From: Porphyridium purpureum
Taxonomy: Eukaryota
Direction: 5' to 3'
Assembly: GCA_008690995.1 (NCBI GenBank)
Contig: VRMN01000008.1
Span: 744,001 to 808,000, forward strand
DNA length: 64,000 bases
Made by a program: the position numbers and the translations under genes
In this document: piece after piece, positions 31,037-42,744 of the stretch
Position numbering within the stretch: position 1 is the stretch's first letter
How the letters are laid out: each line of letters opens with the position of its first letter
The notes under the pieces: generated by a model
What the model saw: the letters and a program-made list of their open reading frames with translations, nothing else
Databases searched by the model: none
What the model was told of the DNA's origin: nothing

Positions 31037-32980
31037 TCAAATGCCCGAGTAGGTCTTCACCGGTGCCATTCGCCTCGCCATCCTCACCAGGCCTGGCGTG
31101 AGCAGCATGCTCAACGCCGTGGCACCGTTAAGCACGCGCAAATCAGCGCCTGAGAACAGCTGCAGCGCCTGTGCCTTTGACGCGATCACAAACGTGAATT
31201 CGCCTGCCTGGCTGAGCGCGAGGGCAGCAGCCCATGCCGTGCGCGACGAGAGCTGACCAAACAGCTGGATCACAATACCCATGGCGAGCGTCTTTGAACA
31301 GATAATGAAAACAAGCATGAGAATGACGCGTACAAAGTTGAGGTAAAAATAGCGCCAATGAATCATGAGCCCAATGCACACGAAGAAGATGCTCGCAAAC
31401 ATGTCCTTGATGTTGCGAATCGCATGATCGACGCGCTCGCGATGCTTGCTTTCTGAAATCGTCACGCCCGCGGCGAAGGCGCCCAACTCAATCGCGAGGC
31501 CCAGGCGCTCGCTGATGTAAGCGAACAGCAAACAAAACACGATCACGCCGAGCGTGAAGATGACGTTGGACCTCGCGCGATCCAGCGCCTCCAAGTAGAG
31601 TGGAAGCAAGAACTCGGCCACCAAAAGGCTCAACACAACAAACACACTCAGTCGAAGAAACGAGCCTAGCACCTGGTCGGTAAAGGTCGACAGCGAGCCA
31701 CGAAGCGCAGGCAGAATTGCGATGATCATACCGATCGCCACGTCCTGGAAAATGAGCAACGCAAACATGACTCGACGTGATTTGGCGGCATCAAAGCCAT
31801 CAACGGCCTCCTCTGTCGCAAAATCAGACCCCATCACGCCATTACAGCCACCACCACCGCCGCCGCCGCCGCCACCACCCGCGCCTCCCGAAGACGCGCG
31901 CGGCTGCTGCCTCGCGGTTTCTGTGCGCTGGTCGTCTGACGGCGACGTGCACTGCAGCACCACAGCCGTAGACGAGAGCCACACGGCGAGTCCGACGACA
32001 ATCGCTTCTTGAAAGTTGTCTGCAAGGGCGAGCAGCGGCACAACCACAATACTGAGCGCCACCGTGAGTAGCATGGACATGAAGCCGCCATACAGAGCGA
32101 CGCGCTTGACGGCGAGAATCTCAGCCATGGAAAACTCAATGCCCAGCGAAAAAAGGATGAGCGCAATGCCTACTGAAGCCAGTGTCTCCATCTCGACCAG
32201 CTCGGTAATCGCGTTGAGTCCACCTGGACCAATCATCATACCGCCCACGAGAAAGCCAATCAGGCTCGGCTGCTTCGCGTACGACACGAGCGCGCCGCCG
32301 ACCACCGCAGCCGCCAGCGTGTACATGAGGTCGCGAATAAACACAATGTCCTCCTGCAGCGACATGCGCGGGTCTTTGGAGGGGTCGCGAGTGTGCTTGA
32401 GGTTGGAGAGCTGCTTGAACAGCAGCTCAAACTCCGAGTCGCCCACGGATATGGTCTCGCCATCAAGCGACACGTCGTGCATGCCCTTTTCGCGCCCTCC
32501 TGTGCCGCCGCCTTGCTGAGCGCTGGAACCAGAGCTAGATCCTGACCCAGAAGCAGAGGAGCCCGCTCCGTGTCCTGTCGACGCGGCGCCGGCCTTGCTG
32601 CCCTGCGCGGAACGCGTCGTCGAAGACTGGATCTTGAGTTGTCGCAGGAGCGCAGCCACCTCTCTTTCGTTCAGCAAGTTATCGCCATCCAAATCAAAGC
32701 GCTCAAAAAGGCGCGTCGTGCCATTCCCGCTCGCCCCGGCATTGCTGCCAGACTCAGCACTACTTCTGCGTGGCGCTGATGCAGGAGGAGTGGCCGAAGC
32801 ATTGGCTGGCGCCCCCGCCGTAGGTGCAGCACCGCAGAGCGCAATGACGACAACTCCTATGAGCGACGCAAAGACGCTCGCCATGAAGGGCATTCGTGCG
32901 CGCGTACCATGTCTACTCGCGCCCAGCCTCGCCGTCACGTGCTGAGGCCATAGTTGCGTGCTCACAATCCCGATGGCCAT
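31037..32980 (-). CDS. CPA2 K+/H+ antiporter, KEA4-6/TMCO3-like, with N-terminal EF-hand-like loop
   Basis: LSSTAVV, LIFQD, LGAFAAG, FFVCIG, LSQAGEF motifs; signal-anchor; DLDGDNLLNERE. Confidence 0.92.
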   Translation of the reverse strand: MAIGIVSTQLWPQHVTARLGASRHGTRARMPFMASVFASLIGVVVIALCGAAPTAGAPANASATPPASAPRRSSAESGSNAGASGNGTTRLFERFDLDGDNLLNEREVAALLRQLKIQSSTTRSAQGSKAGAASTGHGAGSSASGSGSSSGSSAQQGGGTGGREKGMHDVSLDGETISVGDSEFELLFKQLSNLKHTRDPSKDPRMSLQEDIVFIRDLMYTLAAAVVGGALVSYAKQPSLIGFLVGGMMIGPGGLNAITELVEMETLASVGIALILFSLGIEFSMAEILAVKRVALYGGFMSMLLTVALSIVVVPLLALADNFQEAIVVGLAVWLSSTAVVLQCTSPSDDQRTETARQQPRASSGGAGGGGGGGGGGGCNGVMGSDFATEEAVDGFDAAKSRRVMFALLIFQDVAIGMIIAILPALRGSLSTFTDQVLGSFLRLSVFVVLSLLVAEFLLPLYLEALDRARSNVIFTLGVIVFCLLFAYISERLGLAIELGAFAAGVTISESKHRERVDHAIRNIKDMFASIFFVCIGLMIHWRYFYLNFVRVILMLVFIICSKTLAMGIVIQLFGQLSSRTAWAAALALSQAGEFTFVIASKAQALQLFSGADLRVLNGATALSMLLTPGLVRMARRMAPVKTYSGI

Positions 32981-33353
32981 GGCGCCGCGCTTAGAGCTGA
33001 AGCCGCCCAAGCGATCGCGAAACTGACACCCGGATGGTAGCGCCTGCCTCCCAATCCCGTTGCTGTGCTGGCTTCCGGGGACGCGGGCGGTGCGCTCTTC
33101 CTTCTAACGAGCGATGCACGTCTCGCACGTCTCTTCTCCCAAGCGGCAAGGTGGATGATCACAAACCGGTTAATCTTTTTCATAACAAAACAGGCTGGTT
33201 TTATGCATACTTATCGGGCAATTCAGCTGGTGGGGAAGGAAAAGAGGTTGCTGCTGTGTGATTCATGCGTGGCACATGGTCGTGACAAGGTGGGAAAGAC
33301 GCTTCGACACGGCGCGCCACCTCTCTGCCTCGCTTGATAGACCCTTTCTCTTT

Positions 33354-33356
<3 letters not shown>

Positions 33357-33391
<35 letters not shown>

Positions 33392-33397
33392 CTCTCT
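33357..33397. repeat. (TA)15(TC)n microsatellite
   Basis: Seen directly. Confidence 0.95.
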
Positions 33398-33975
33398 GAC
33401 TCGAACCGGTGTCCTAGAACGAAGGCGTTTTACCCACAGTCCCACGCGGTTTTCCCTTGGCCCCGCAACGCCAGACTATGCGCAGGCGTCAAGAGCGAGT
33501 GCAACGAGGCCCGCATGCGCATAACCTTTCGCTGTCGGCGAAAGCCATTTTCCGTGCCGCGTCCCGCCCTGGCGCATACTCCCGCTCGCACCGTTTCGTG
33601 AGCTCAGCCTCACTTGAGAGTACAGCGACAGGTCATTTCTGCGCCGCGTGGATTCGATGCGCGCTCATCAGCGGCGCCACGCGTGTTCCGCCACGCGCCT
33701 TTCCTTCGAGCCCGCCACGTTCGACGAGTGTTTGCTGAATTAGAGCTGTCTTCGCCCGTGCACAAACCCGTGCGCCGAGGCAACGCGGGCATGTTTGCGG
33801 GGCGACAACCAGACTTGGTACCCTGGGCAACTCGCGGCGCGCGGCTACGCTACCAGCGGGGCGCATGCGGGGCTGACCTCGCTGAGAAGGGTCTGCGCGT
33901 TGCGTGTGCGTGAATCTCGTGCGGGTGCGGCGGCGGCGGTGGTGGTGGTAGTGAGGAGCTCGCGTGCTCGCCGGA

Positions 33976-35274
33976 ATGGCAGTCGGCGCCGCGGTGGCGC
34001 TGCCCTCGGTGGCGCGCGATGAGATGATGATGGTGCGCGAGGATATGGTGTGGCTGGGTGTGCTCTTGGCTGTGATTGGCAACGTGCTCATTGCTGTTGG
34101 GTTCTTATTGCAGAAGATGGCGCACAACAAACGAGCGGCGGAGCAGGCCCTGCAAAATTCCGCGGCAGGCGAGGTGGATGCAGAGCTTTTGTGCGACGGA
34201 CGTAATAAGCCTTGTGGCGAGGAGACGCTGTCCAGCACTGATCCATCGTCAAATACACTTGCAGAACAGGACCTGGAGCACTCCCTGTCACAAACAGAAC
34301 TGGATCCGGCTGAGCGTCTTCCACGCGAGGAAGAGGATGGACCCGCGTTGGAGCGGCAACCCACGGCCAAGGAGAAGCTGCTTGCGTCTCATGTTGGGTA
34401 CCTCGGCGTGTTGCGCTGGTGGGTCGGTCTCTTGTGCATCTTTGCCGGCGAGTGTTTAAATGCCGTGGCCTATGCGTTTGCCTCGGGCTCCTTGATTCCG
34501 CCGTTGGGAACCATTGCGCTGGTTTTGATTACTATTTTCTCACGCTTTGCGCTGCGCGAGCGCCTGAGCTGCGCGAACTGGTTCGGTGTTGTGCTCCTCG
34601 CGGCCGCAGTGATTCTCGTCTCTGTGTACTCTCCAGACAGTGAGCAAAGTACCGGTCCGATGAGCTCCGACGAGCTGTGGACGCTCATTAAGCAACCGCA
34701 ATTTTACTCTGTGCTCATTGTGGTGGTTGTTGGCATTGTCGTCGGTGCGTACCTGGTGTTTCGACGCCCGGATTGGGCGCATCGCTCGCCGTGGCTGCTC
34801 GTATGTGTGGCGGGTCTGATCGGCGCCATCAAGTCGCGCAGCTTCAAGGCGATCGCGCAAATGGTGCGCGACAGTGTGGCAGATAATATATCGAGTGCAC
34901 TCTTTTGGGTCATGATTGCTGTGATGATCGGGAGCGTCGTCGGGAGCCTGTACTATCTCAATCGGGGAATGGCCATTTTCGATCAAGCGCGCTTTTTGCC
35001 CCTGTACTTTGGCGTCTTTGTCCTGGCGTCGGTGTTGACGAACATGCTGCTTTATGACGAGTTTAACGACCCGTCGTTTAATCTGGGCGGCTTCTTGGGC
35101 GGAATCTCGCTCATTCTAATTGGTTGTGTGTTTCTTAGCATGCCACAGTCGTGGATAACACCAGAAGAAATACTGCATCGCAAAATTTTATCACTCAAGA
35201 GAAGCTCGACGTGTCATAGTGCTGAAGGAGGGAGCGAGTCTGACTTGCAGCGGCGGCGTTCCGTTTCTGTTTAG
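33976..35274 (+). CDS. NIPA-family Mg2+ transporter (DMT superfamily)
   Basis: GFLLQK, WWVGL..GE..NAVAYAFA..LI.PLG, YLNRGM..F, multiple TM helices. Confidence 0.9.
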   Translation: MAVGAAVALPSVARDEMMMVREDMVWLGVLLAVIGNVLIAVGFLLQKMAHNKRAAEQALQNSAAGEVDAELLCDGRNKPCGEETLSSTDPSSNTLAEQDLEHSLSQTELDPAERLPREEEDGPALERQPTAKEKLLASHVGYLGVLRWWVGLLCIFAGECLNAVAYAFASGSLIPPLGTIALVLITIFSRFALRERLSCANWFGVVLLAAAVILVSVYSPDSEQSTGPMSSDELWTLIKQPQFYSVLIVVVVGIVVGAYLVFRRPDWAHRSPWLLVCVAGLIGAIKSRSFKAIAQMVRDSVADNISSALFWVMIAVMIGSVVGSLYYLNRGMAIFDQARFLPLYFGVFVLASVLTNMLLYDEFNDPSFNLGGFLGGISLILIGCVFLSMPQSWITPEEILHRKILSLKRSSTCHSAEGGSESDLQRRRSVSV

Positions 35275-35781
35275 CGCGTGGCAGTCAACGTCTGCTGGAG
35301 AATCGTATTTATTCTCGGGCGCCGTGCACGTGCACGGGCTGGACTTGTGGGCGCGTGTATATGTGTGTGAGTTTGTACCCCAATGGCTGCCCCTTTTCCT
35401 GGCGTACGGTCCGTTATTGCAAAAAATTGACGATTTTTCGCAATCAAAACAAACACGGTCTTTGTATTTTTTGTTTCTCGTGATCAGAGCTGTCCACTCA
35501 CACAAAAGATTACGCGCGCGATCTCTGGAGCGCGCAATGCCGAAAACGTGGCGATTGCCAGGCGTCTCATAAAATACGTGTGGGCTTTCCCCCGCAAAAA
35601 TAAAAAGGAGCCTGCCGAGAGGAATGCGCCACGCGCGTCATCTTGCCTCCCCTTCACTTTCCATCAATCCGCAAACCGCTCCGCCCTGCCTCTCACTCGA
35701 CACCGAAACTTGCCTTGGACCAACGCGCCATCATTTCCAAATGTTCCGCAATGCGTATGGCTCTGCGGTTCGTTCCTTGTC

Positions 35782-37464
35782 TTATCGACCGTAGGATCGA
35801 TTTCGTATACCACTGTGTGCCTTGGCCATGGCCGCATCGTTTTTCATCATGAAATTATAAAATTCCTCCCAGCTGATCTCGCCATCACCATTTGTATCGG
35901 CCTCCTTGACCACTCTTTTAGCCTCTTCGAGGTCCATGTGCGCAACATCCCTAAGCGCATGCAGCACTTCGTCAGCAGTGATGGACCCTGAGCCATCCTT
36001 GTCAAACTCTGCAAATGCCTTCCGGATGTTCTCCTCGGTGTTGAGCTTGCTGATATCTGTCATGGCAGAGATGAATTCACTGAGGTCGATCTCACCGTCA
36101 CCGTCCACATCGTACGATGTGATAATCAAGTCGAGCTCTTCGTCAGACACGTTGGTGCCTGCTTTTCTCATGGCCTCCTTCATTTCTGCCGGCGAGACGG
36201 AACCACTTGAATCGGTATCAATTTGAGCAAAGATCTTTTTGAGGTGCGCAACATCTGCTTCACTAAGGTTGGACGCCATGACCTGCAAAGCGCGCCTCTT
36301 GAGCTTATTCATCTCGGCATACTCCTGCAAACCCTTAAAGACATACTCACCGAGCGGCACGTCTGAGGCCACACCCTCGACTGCGATCCAGGGGTGATTC
36401 AGCAGCTCCGCCGCCGACGGCCTCATGTCAATATTCACAGTCAGCATCCGTTTGACAAGGTCTTTGGCTTCCTTGGAAATGCGTGGCCACGGTTCGCTTT
36501 GCATGGTGAACTTACCGCACCGGGCGCGTTCAAACTCCTCCTTTTCATTCTTACCATAGAATGGTGTACGACCACACAGCAGAATATACACGATGACTCC
36601 CAGCGACCAGATATCGCATTTCTCATTGTAGCGGCCCATGATGACCTCAGGTGCCACGTACGTCGGCGAGCCAACCTTTTCTGTCAAAAACTGACCCGGC
36701 TCGAAAAAGTCGCTCACGCCAAAGTCGGTAAGCTTGAGGAGAGCTGCATCAGACGGGTCATGCAGCAAATAGTTCTCCGGTTTCAGATCACGATGGATTA
36801 TGCATTTCGAGTGCAAATAGACTAGCGTGTCGAGCATCGTGCGCACTACATTTCGCGCGTCCTTCTCTGAGTAATGTCCTTTGGCCACGATACGGTCGAA
36901 CAACTCACCACCAGAGCACAACGCCAGCACCAGGTGCACATGTACGTCATCCTCAAAGGCACAAATATATTGCACCACGTTCGGGTGCTCCTTGCAAGCC
37001 TTCATAATATCTGCCTCTTTCTTGACGTACTCGCGGTCGTGTCGCGTCATCTTGGCTTTGACCATCGATTTCATCGCAAACCGTTCTTTGGTGGTCTTAT
37101 CTTCGATCAGGTATACCGTACCATACGCACCCTGACCCAGCACGCGACCGACCGAGAAGCGCTCCTTCATGCCGGGCAGTGAGTCATCTAGCACGCGGTT
37201 TCGGACAACCACTTGCAGCCGCTGGCTCGCGCGCTTGACCACGGACGACGTAACATCAGACACGCGCTTGCCCGTTTTCGATGCCATCTGCTTCTCCGCT
37301 TCCCCACCATTTGCAGCGGCTGCAGACGCAGACTCCGAGGCTGCGGCCGACTTGTCGCGGTGGCCGTTCTCACTCGACCCGTTTGCCTGGTTGCTCATCA
37401 TGGACGGCGACTGGCGCGGCTTCCCGCCATCGGGCCCATTCGCGAACGGAAGACAATTCCCCAT
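35782..37464 (-). CDS. CDPK: Calcium-dependent protein kinase (CDPK), likely N-myristoylated
   Basis: MGNC start, kinase domain, MNKLKRRALQV junction, four EF hands. Confidence 0.97.
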   Translation of the reverse strand: MGNCLPFANGPDGGKPRQSPSMMSNQANGSSENGHRDKSAAASESASAAAANGGEAEKQMASKTGKRVSDVTSSVVKRASQRLQVVVRNRVLDDSLPGMKERFSVGRVLGQGAYGTVYLIEDKTTKERFAMKSMVKAKMTRHDREYVKKEADIMKACKEHPNVVQYICAFEDDVHVHLVLALCSGGELFDRIVAKGHYSEKDARNVVRTMLDTLVYLHSKCIIHRDLKPENYLLHDPSDAALLKLTDFGVSDFFEPGQFLTEKVGSPTYVAPEVIMGRYNEKCDIWSLGVIVYILLCGRTPFYGKNEKEEFERARCGKFTMQSEPWPRISKEAKDLVKRMLTVNIDMRPSAAELLNHPWIAVEGVASDVPLGEYVFKGLQEYAEMNKLKRRALQVMASNLSEADVAHLKKIFAQIDTDSSGSVSPAEMKEAMRKAGTNVSDEELDLIITSYDVDGDGEIDLSEFISAMTDISKLNTEENIRKAFAEFDKDGSGSITADEVLHALRDVAHMDLEEAKRVVKEADTNGDGEISWEEFYNFMMKNDAAMAKAHSGIRNRSYGR

Positions 37465-38774
37465 GCCGGATGCGCGCACTGTACGCACTCACGCGCTCTT
37501 CCCCCCAACCCTTTTCTCCGGTCGTACGTGCCAACCCGAGCGCGACGCCGCAGCACGATCACTTCGCGGCACGCGCAACACTAACCCCTCAACGACGCGT
37601 GCGGCGAGTCGAGCGCGCACCGAATATTTCTGTGTCTCAATACTTATACCCGTCGGCACGCACACCGGCGCGCGCGCGTTTTGCCCAGCGACGCCAGAAA
37701 AGACAATACGCGTGGCCGGGACACCACCACACACCAACACGCACGCCTGCAGTTTCCCCGTTTCCCCCACGTCGTTATTTCCCCTCTTTTATTTCCGCTG
37801 AGCGTGTGCCCAACTCGGGCAGTGCCGAATTGGTCCGCTCAGCACAAACACAAATCAAAACCGCCAAACCGCCAAACCGCTGTACAACTGTACCCCCGTT
37901 TATTCCCGCTCAATTTCTCCCACCTTCATTTTTTGGACTGAAGAATGAGTTCTGACGGCGTGGACACAAAAAGCAGAAGGCAAGAACGTGGCTGCATTCC
38001 GGCGCATATCTAATTCACTTCCCGTTTTCGTGAGAGTCGGCGCATCGCCGTCTTGTTTTGTCGATCCGCGTTTGGATTTTGTCGCTACTAACGTCTGCAT
38101 GCACGGTTGCGCAATCGACGACCGCGCGGCCGGTCTAGCATACCGGTGACGACGAGAGAAACAGAGAAAAGAGAGAGAGATAGACGCAGCGTAGTACAAG
38201 AGAACATTTAGTTCCCTGGCTAGAGGGAACGAATGAGAGAGCCCCTTCAAGGATGGCTCCTCGTCCACGTCAAAGATAGCAGCAGTTGCCTTCGAAGAAT
38301 GCGCGCACACAAGACGAAAATCCTCCGAAAAGATCTAGCCGGCTGTACTTCAATCACTGTACGATATTGACCATGTTGTTTTTTAATGTTTTGTGCCGTT
38401 TTTAAGACTAAAATAAAATCTTAATTAAGTTCTTCGGCCAGTTCGTCTTTCGCGCCATGCGACCGAAACAGGCAAACACGCGCGAGGCGAACAGCCGTGT
38501 GGCCGCTCAAGAATACAGAGCTCTGCGCCGCGAAAATGCGCGCGCGCGCGCTTACTCGCACGCAGCGCGCGTCGTGTCGGTGTGAATAGAGGCCGTCACG
38601 GTGCGCTGCGCTGCTGCGGAGGAGATCGTCGCGGTGCGTCGAGTGAAACAACCGTCGGCTGGGTTTGGCGTGACGAGTACGTGGTTAAAGGCGGCTGACA
38701 AAACGATTCAGCCGACGTGCTCGCGCTGGTGCTTGGTGACATTGCGTGGAGTAGCGCGGCAGAAAGAGCATAAC

Positions 38775-40637
38775 ATGCCGGCAAGCGTCTCCTTCTTCGG
38801 CGTATCCGTCGAGTTGCCCGCGGAAAATGTCAACGTTCAACTACACCCGGACGGCTCGGTGGCATTTGTGTGTCACAACTTTTCCGGTGTGCTAGTGATG
38901 AGTGGCGGCGGTGGCGGCAGCAGCACGGCCAAGCATGCCGGCGGCGCCGTCCAGAATCAGGATCAGAACAGCAAGCAAGATGCACACGCGCCCGTGGTCA
39001 CCAAGAAGCGAAAGGCAATTTTCAAGTCGTCCAACGCCAACAAGGTGACGGCAACGTCGTCCGAGGACAGCGGAACGCGTGCGATCGCAGCTCCGATGAG
39101 CATCACGCCAAGCTTGGACGCGCAGACTTCTGGGCCTGACCAAGCACCCAGACCTGACACTGGCGCAGCGGAGACGCCTGCGACAGCCGCCGCCAACAGC
39201 AAACCAACAAAGCAGAGCAAGGCTAGCGCCAAGAACCCCATGCGAGGCTGGTCGTTCCAAGGCAAGCAGGAGGGCAAGCGCAGCATGCTACCACACAGCA
39301 GCAAGGCGATGATTCTCGATGGAGAGGACGACATTGGCTCCGAGTACGCCCTGAATGACAACGATACGCGTGCGCTGACGGTAGCAGCACATGGCAACGC
39401 GAACCATTCGAAACGCATAAATGCACCTGCAGCCGCGGCCGCAGCGATACCGGTAGCAAAGTGGAAGCGGGTGTTGCCTTCGACGGATCTCGTGCAAGGA
39501 ACAGCAGCTGCGCACTCGCCGTGCGCTCGCTTTGGCGCAGCTGCCGCAGCCATCGGAGATAGCGTGTGGCTGGTCGGCGGCGAGGGTGACGTCGGCATCC
39601 TGGATGACTTGCACATGCATGATCGTACGAGCGGCACGTGGCTCAAGAAGCAACCCATCGGCGGTGGCGGTCGGACGTGGCACTCGCTTGTGGGCAACGC
39701 GACGCGATTGATTGCATTTGGCGGCGAGCACCTGGCGGCTGGCGGGAGCGCTCGCAAGCAAACCGCCCAAGTCGATGTGTATGAGCAGATGTTTGACACA
39801 TGGTTTACAGCGACGACAACAGGAGACGCTCCCAGCGCGCGTAGCGGCCATGTCGCGTGTCTTCTTGAACGTGGCGATACCATGCTCGTGTTTGGTGGCA
39901 CTCAGGGCGCTACCTGGTTTAACGACACATACCGGCTCAACCTGACGACCTGGGAGTGGACGCGCTGCGCGCCGATCGCACACGGTGATACAAGGCAGGC
40001 AGCTCCGATTGCACCGCCCGCAAGCTCGTACAGCTCGCTCACGAGTTTCGGAGATGATAAGATCGTGCTGTTTGGCGGCAATGACGGTGACTGCTGCTTC
40101 AACGACGTGCACGTGTACAACGCGGTGCAGGACCGCTGGACCAAGCCAAAGTGCTCGGGTGCTCTGCCGGCGCGGCGCACGGGTCACGTAGCTGTGCGCG
40201 TTGGCGGCGACCGCGAGCAATTGTACGTGTTCGGGGGATGGGACATGCCCAAAATCTTTGCAAACGACGCGTACGTGCTCGATACGCGCACTTGGCACTG
40301 GACGCGCGTACCCACTCGGGACGTCGTCATGCGCGGAGCGCCCGACTCTCGCGTGGGCGCCAGCTACATCTCTGGGTCGGTCTCGACCTTGGAGCCGAAC
40401 TCCGAATCTGCCGACCGGGAAGGCGCCGCGTTTGTGTTTGGCGGGCTCGCGGGTAACGCCAAGTACACCACGTACGCCAGCACCGCGTACAGCGTCCAGT
40501 TCTTAAATCCTGAACAGGCGACCGAAGCAGTGGCGGAACCCTGCTCGGCAGTCAACGCGCAACTCGTCGCGCAGCCCGCGGGCAGCGACTTTGACGCGCA
40601 CCGCACAACCGGTTCCATTGAGATTGACGCCTTGTAG
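38775..40637 (+). CDS. Kelch-repeat beta-propeller protein
   Basis: Repeated (R/S)xGH..lfGG..nD...W units; first ATG at 38775. Confidence 0.9.
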   Translation: MPASVSFFGVSVELPAENVNVQLHPDGSVAFVCHNFSGVLVMSGGGGGSSTAKHAGGAVQNQDQNSKQDAHAPVVTKKRKAIFKSSNANKVTATSSEDSGTRAIAAPMSITPSLDAQTSGPDQAPRPDTGAAETPATAAANSKPTKQSKASAKNPMRGWSFQGKQEGKRSMLPHSSKAMILDGEDDIGSEYALNDNDTRALTVAAHGNANHSKRINAPAAAAAAIPVAKWKRVLPSTDLVQGTAAAHSPCARFGAAAAAIGDSVWLVGGEGDVGILDDLHMHDRTSGTWLKKQPIGGGGRTWHSLVGNATRLIAFGGEHLAAGGSARKQTAQVDVYEQMFDTWFTATTTGDAPSARSGHVACLLERGDTMLVFGGTQGATWFNDTYRLNLTTWEWTRCAPIAHGDTRQAAPIAPPASSYSSLTSFGDDKIVLFGGNDGDCCFNDVHVYNAVQDRWTKPKCSGALPARRTGHVAVRVGGDREQLYVFGGWDMPKIFANDAYVLDTRTWHWTRVPTRDVVMRGAPDSRVGASYISGSVSTLEPNSESADREGAAFVFGGLAGNAKYTTYASTAYSVQFLNPEQATEAVAEPCSAVNAQLVAQPAGSDFDAHRTTGSIEIDAL

Positions 40638-41196
40638 CTGCGCCTCGCTGCGCTGCGTCCGTGTGTCCGTGTTCGGATACGTTTCTCATTTCTAAATCTG
40701 CGCATTTGGGCTGTATCCCGTGCCACCGCAACGCGTGATGAAGAATTGCCCACCATCGCCGCAACCACCACGTCACGCGGCATTCCCGCCGCCGCGCAAG
40801 CTCGCGCCAGCGCGCGCGTCCTCACATGACGCTGCGTGCCAGTCCTTTCCCGCTGCGCCTCACACCCGGCCAAGCCCGTGAAAGCATCCGTAGCTACGCG
40901 TGCGCGCACGTCACGGCGCGTGTCTCATCACACGGGCGCGTTTTGATATGCGCCCGCACGTCTCTTCACGCTCGTGCCAGTGACTGGACGAGTGAGCGGT
41001 CGACGTTGAAGCGCACGCGGACGAGGGGAGGTTTGGCGGCGGCATATTGCATTTAAGTGCGGTTCTGCGTGCTGCAGCTGTTGCCGCGGAGCGCCTGTCT
41101 GTGCTTTGCGCGCGCGTCGCGGCGTGAAGAAGCGGGCTCACCGCTGGTTTCTCGGGTAGGGATTGGAGCGCAGCATTTGGCGCTGGGGCACGCGCG

Positions 41197-42309
41197 ATGG
41201 GACGCGAAAGTAACGCATCCGGCCTGGCGGGGTTGCTGCCGCTGATCGTGGGGTATGCCATTTGCAGCAGCTTGTTGCTTGTCGCGAACAAGTGGGCGCT
41301 CAACGTGTTTCCCAAGACAAATCTGCTCATGTTTTGCCAGTTCATTACGTCGTACGGCGTGGTGGCCGTGATGGCCCTGACCAAGCTCGTCGAGTGTGAT
41401 GCGCTCGAGGTCGAGAAAGTGAAGCAGTTTGTGCCCGTTGTCTTCATCTTTTACGCCGTCCTGTGGAGCAACATGCGCGCGCTCGCCGCACTCGGTGTCG
41501 ATCTTGTCATCCTTTTCCGCTCGCTCACGCCGTTCGCCATCTCGATTGGTGATTACATCTACCTCGGTCGCGCAATGCCGTCACTGCAGTCGTGGTTTGC
41601 GCTAGTGACCATGACGCTGTGCACCGCCTTTATCTTCGTCCGCGAGCCGCAGATCTCGCTCGCAGGCGTTCTGTGGGGGCTTCTTTACTACGCTATTCTG
41701 TCCGTCGATATGGTGTATCTGAAGAAGATCACCGTCGATGTCAAGCTCACCACCTACGGCCGCGTCGTGTATACCAACTTGATCGCCGCACCACCAGCGC
41801 TGCTGCTTGCATTCGCCGCGGGTGAGTTCAAGGGCATCTGGGCGTTCGGTAGCGAAGCTCCCGCAGAGGTGTTCTACGCAGTGGGATCCACGTGTGTTCT
41901 TGGTTACGGTATGAGCTACCTGTCTTGGGCGCTGCGCGCCAAGGTGTCTGCGCTCACCTTTGTTGTGATTGGCATCCTGTGCAAAATCGGCTCCATCATC
42001 ATCAACGCGCTGTTTATGAACCAGCACCTCGGCATGCAGAGCATGGTGCTAGTGTGCCTCGGCATCACTGCGTCGACGCTGTACGAGCAGCCCAAGGCGC
42101 GCGCCGGTCAAGTGGACGTCAACAAGGCCGATGAGGACCCAGAGGCGCGCGGAAAGTCGCAAAATGACGGCGATGGCCATGATATGGCACCGCACGATAA
42201 ACCGAAAGAGCCGCCACTGTCAAAGTCAAAGATCGCACTCATGGTGTCGCTGACCATCGCCATCTTTGCAGTGCACTATGGCGACAAAATTCTCGCTCTC
42301 GCGAGCTAA
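41197..42309 (+). CDS. Golgi nucleotide-sugar transporter (GONST/GDP-fucose or GDP-mannose type)
   Basis: CSSLLLVANKWAL, FRSLTP, YTN, GILCK; about 10 TM helices. Confidence 0.88.
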   Translation: MGRESNASGLAGLLPLIVGYAICSSLLLVANKWALNVFPKTNLLMFCQFITSYGVVAVMALTKLVECDALEVEKVKQFVPVVFIFYAVLWSNMRALAALGVDLVILFRSLTPFAISIGDYIYLGRAMPSLQSWFALVTMTLCTAFIFVREPQISLAGVLWGLLYYAILSVDMVYLKKITVDVKLTTYGRVVYTNLIAAPPALLLAFAAGEFKGIWAFGSEAPAEVFYAVGSTCVLGYGMSYLSWALRAKVSALTFVVIGILCKIGSIIINALFMNQHLGMQSMVLVCLGITASTLYEQPKARAGQVDVNKADEDPEARGKSQNDGDGHDMAPHDKPKEPPLSKSKIALMVSLTIAIFAVHYGDKILALAS

Positions 42310-42744
42310 AGAGAAATGGGCATTATGGAGATTGCGTTTTCCTGTGGCCGGCCTGGTTTCCGATTCATCCTTCTTTGGATTTCTCCGTAACTTTATGGTT
42401 AACCTTGTGCTGTAAGACGAAGCAAAGTGTGTTGGTGCAAGAGGAAGCATGTTCACACGCACGCACGAACAAGAATGAAACTAAATCTGCCCGCACGAGC
42501 AGCGTTGAAAATATTCAAGTATTGCGTGACTCTACAACGCGCCCACAGAAGTCCGGGGCCCGCATCCTCGAAGGACGGTCACCAAACGGTTTTGCGGCCT
42601 CATCACTTCTCGCGCATTAGATATTTTGCTGACCCGTCCCCGACCATGATGTCTAGTTCCTCTGCATCCTCCAGTCACATGCGAAACGTTTTCCCGCGAT
42701 GATCCAACTTTGTATCGCTCATAAACAAAGCGTCCTGTCTCGCC

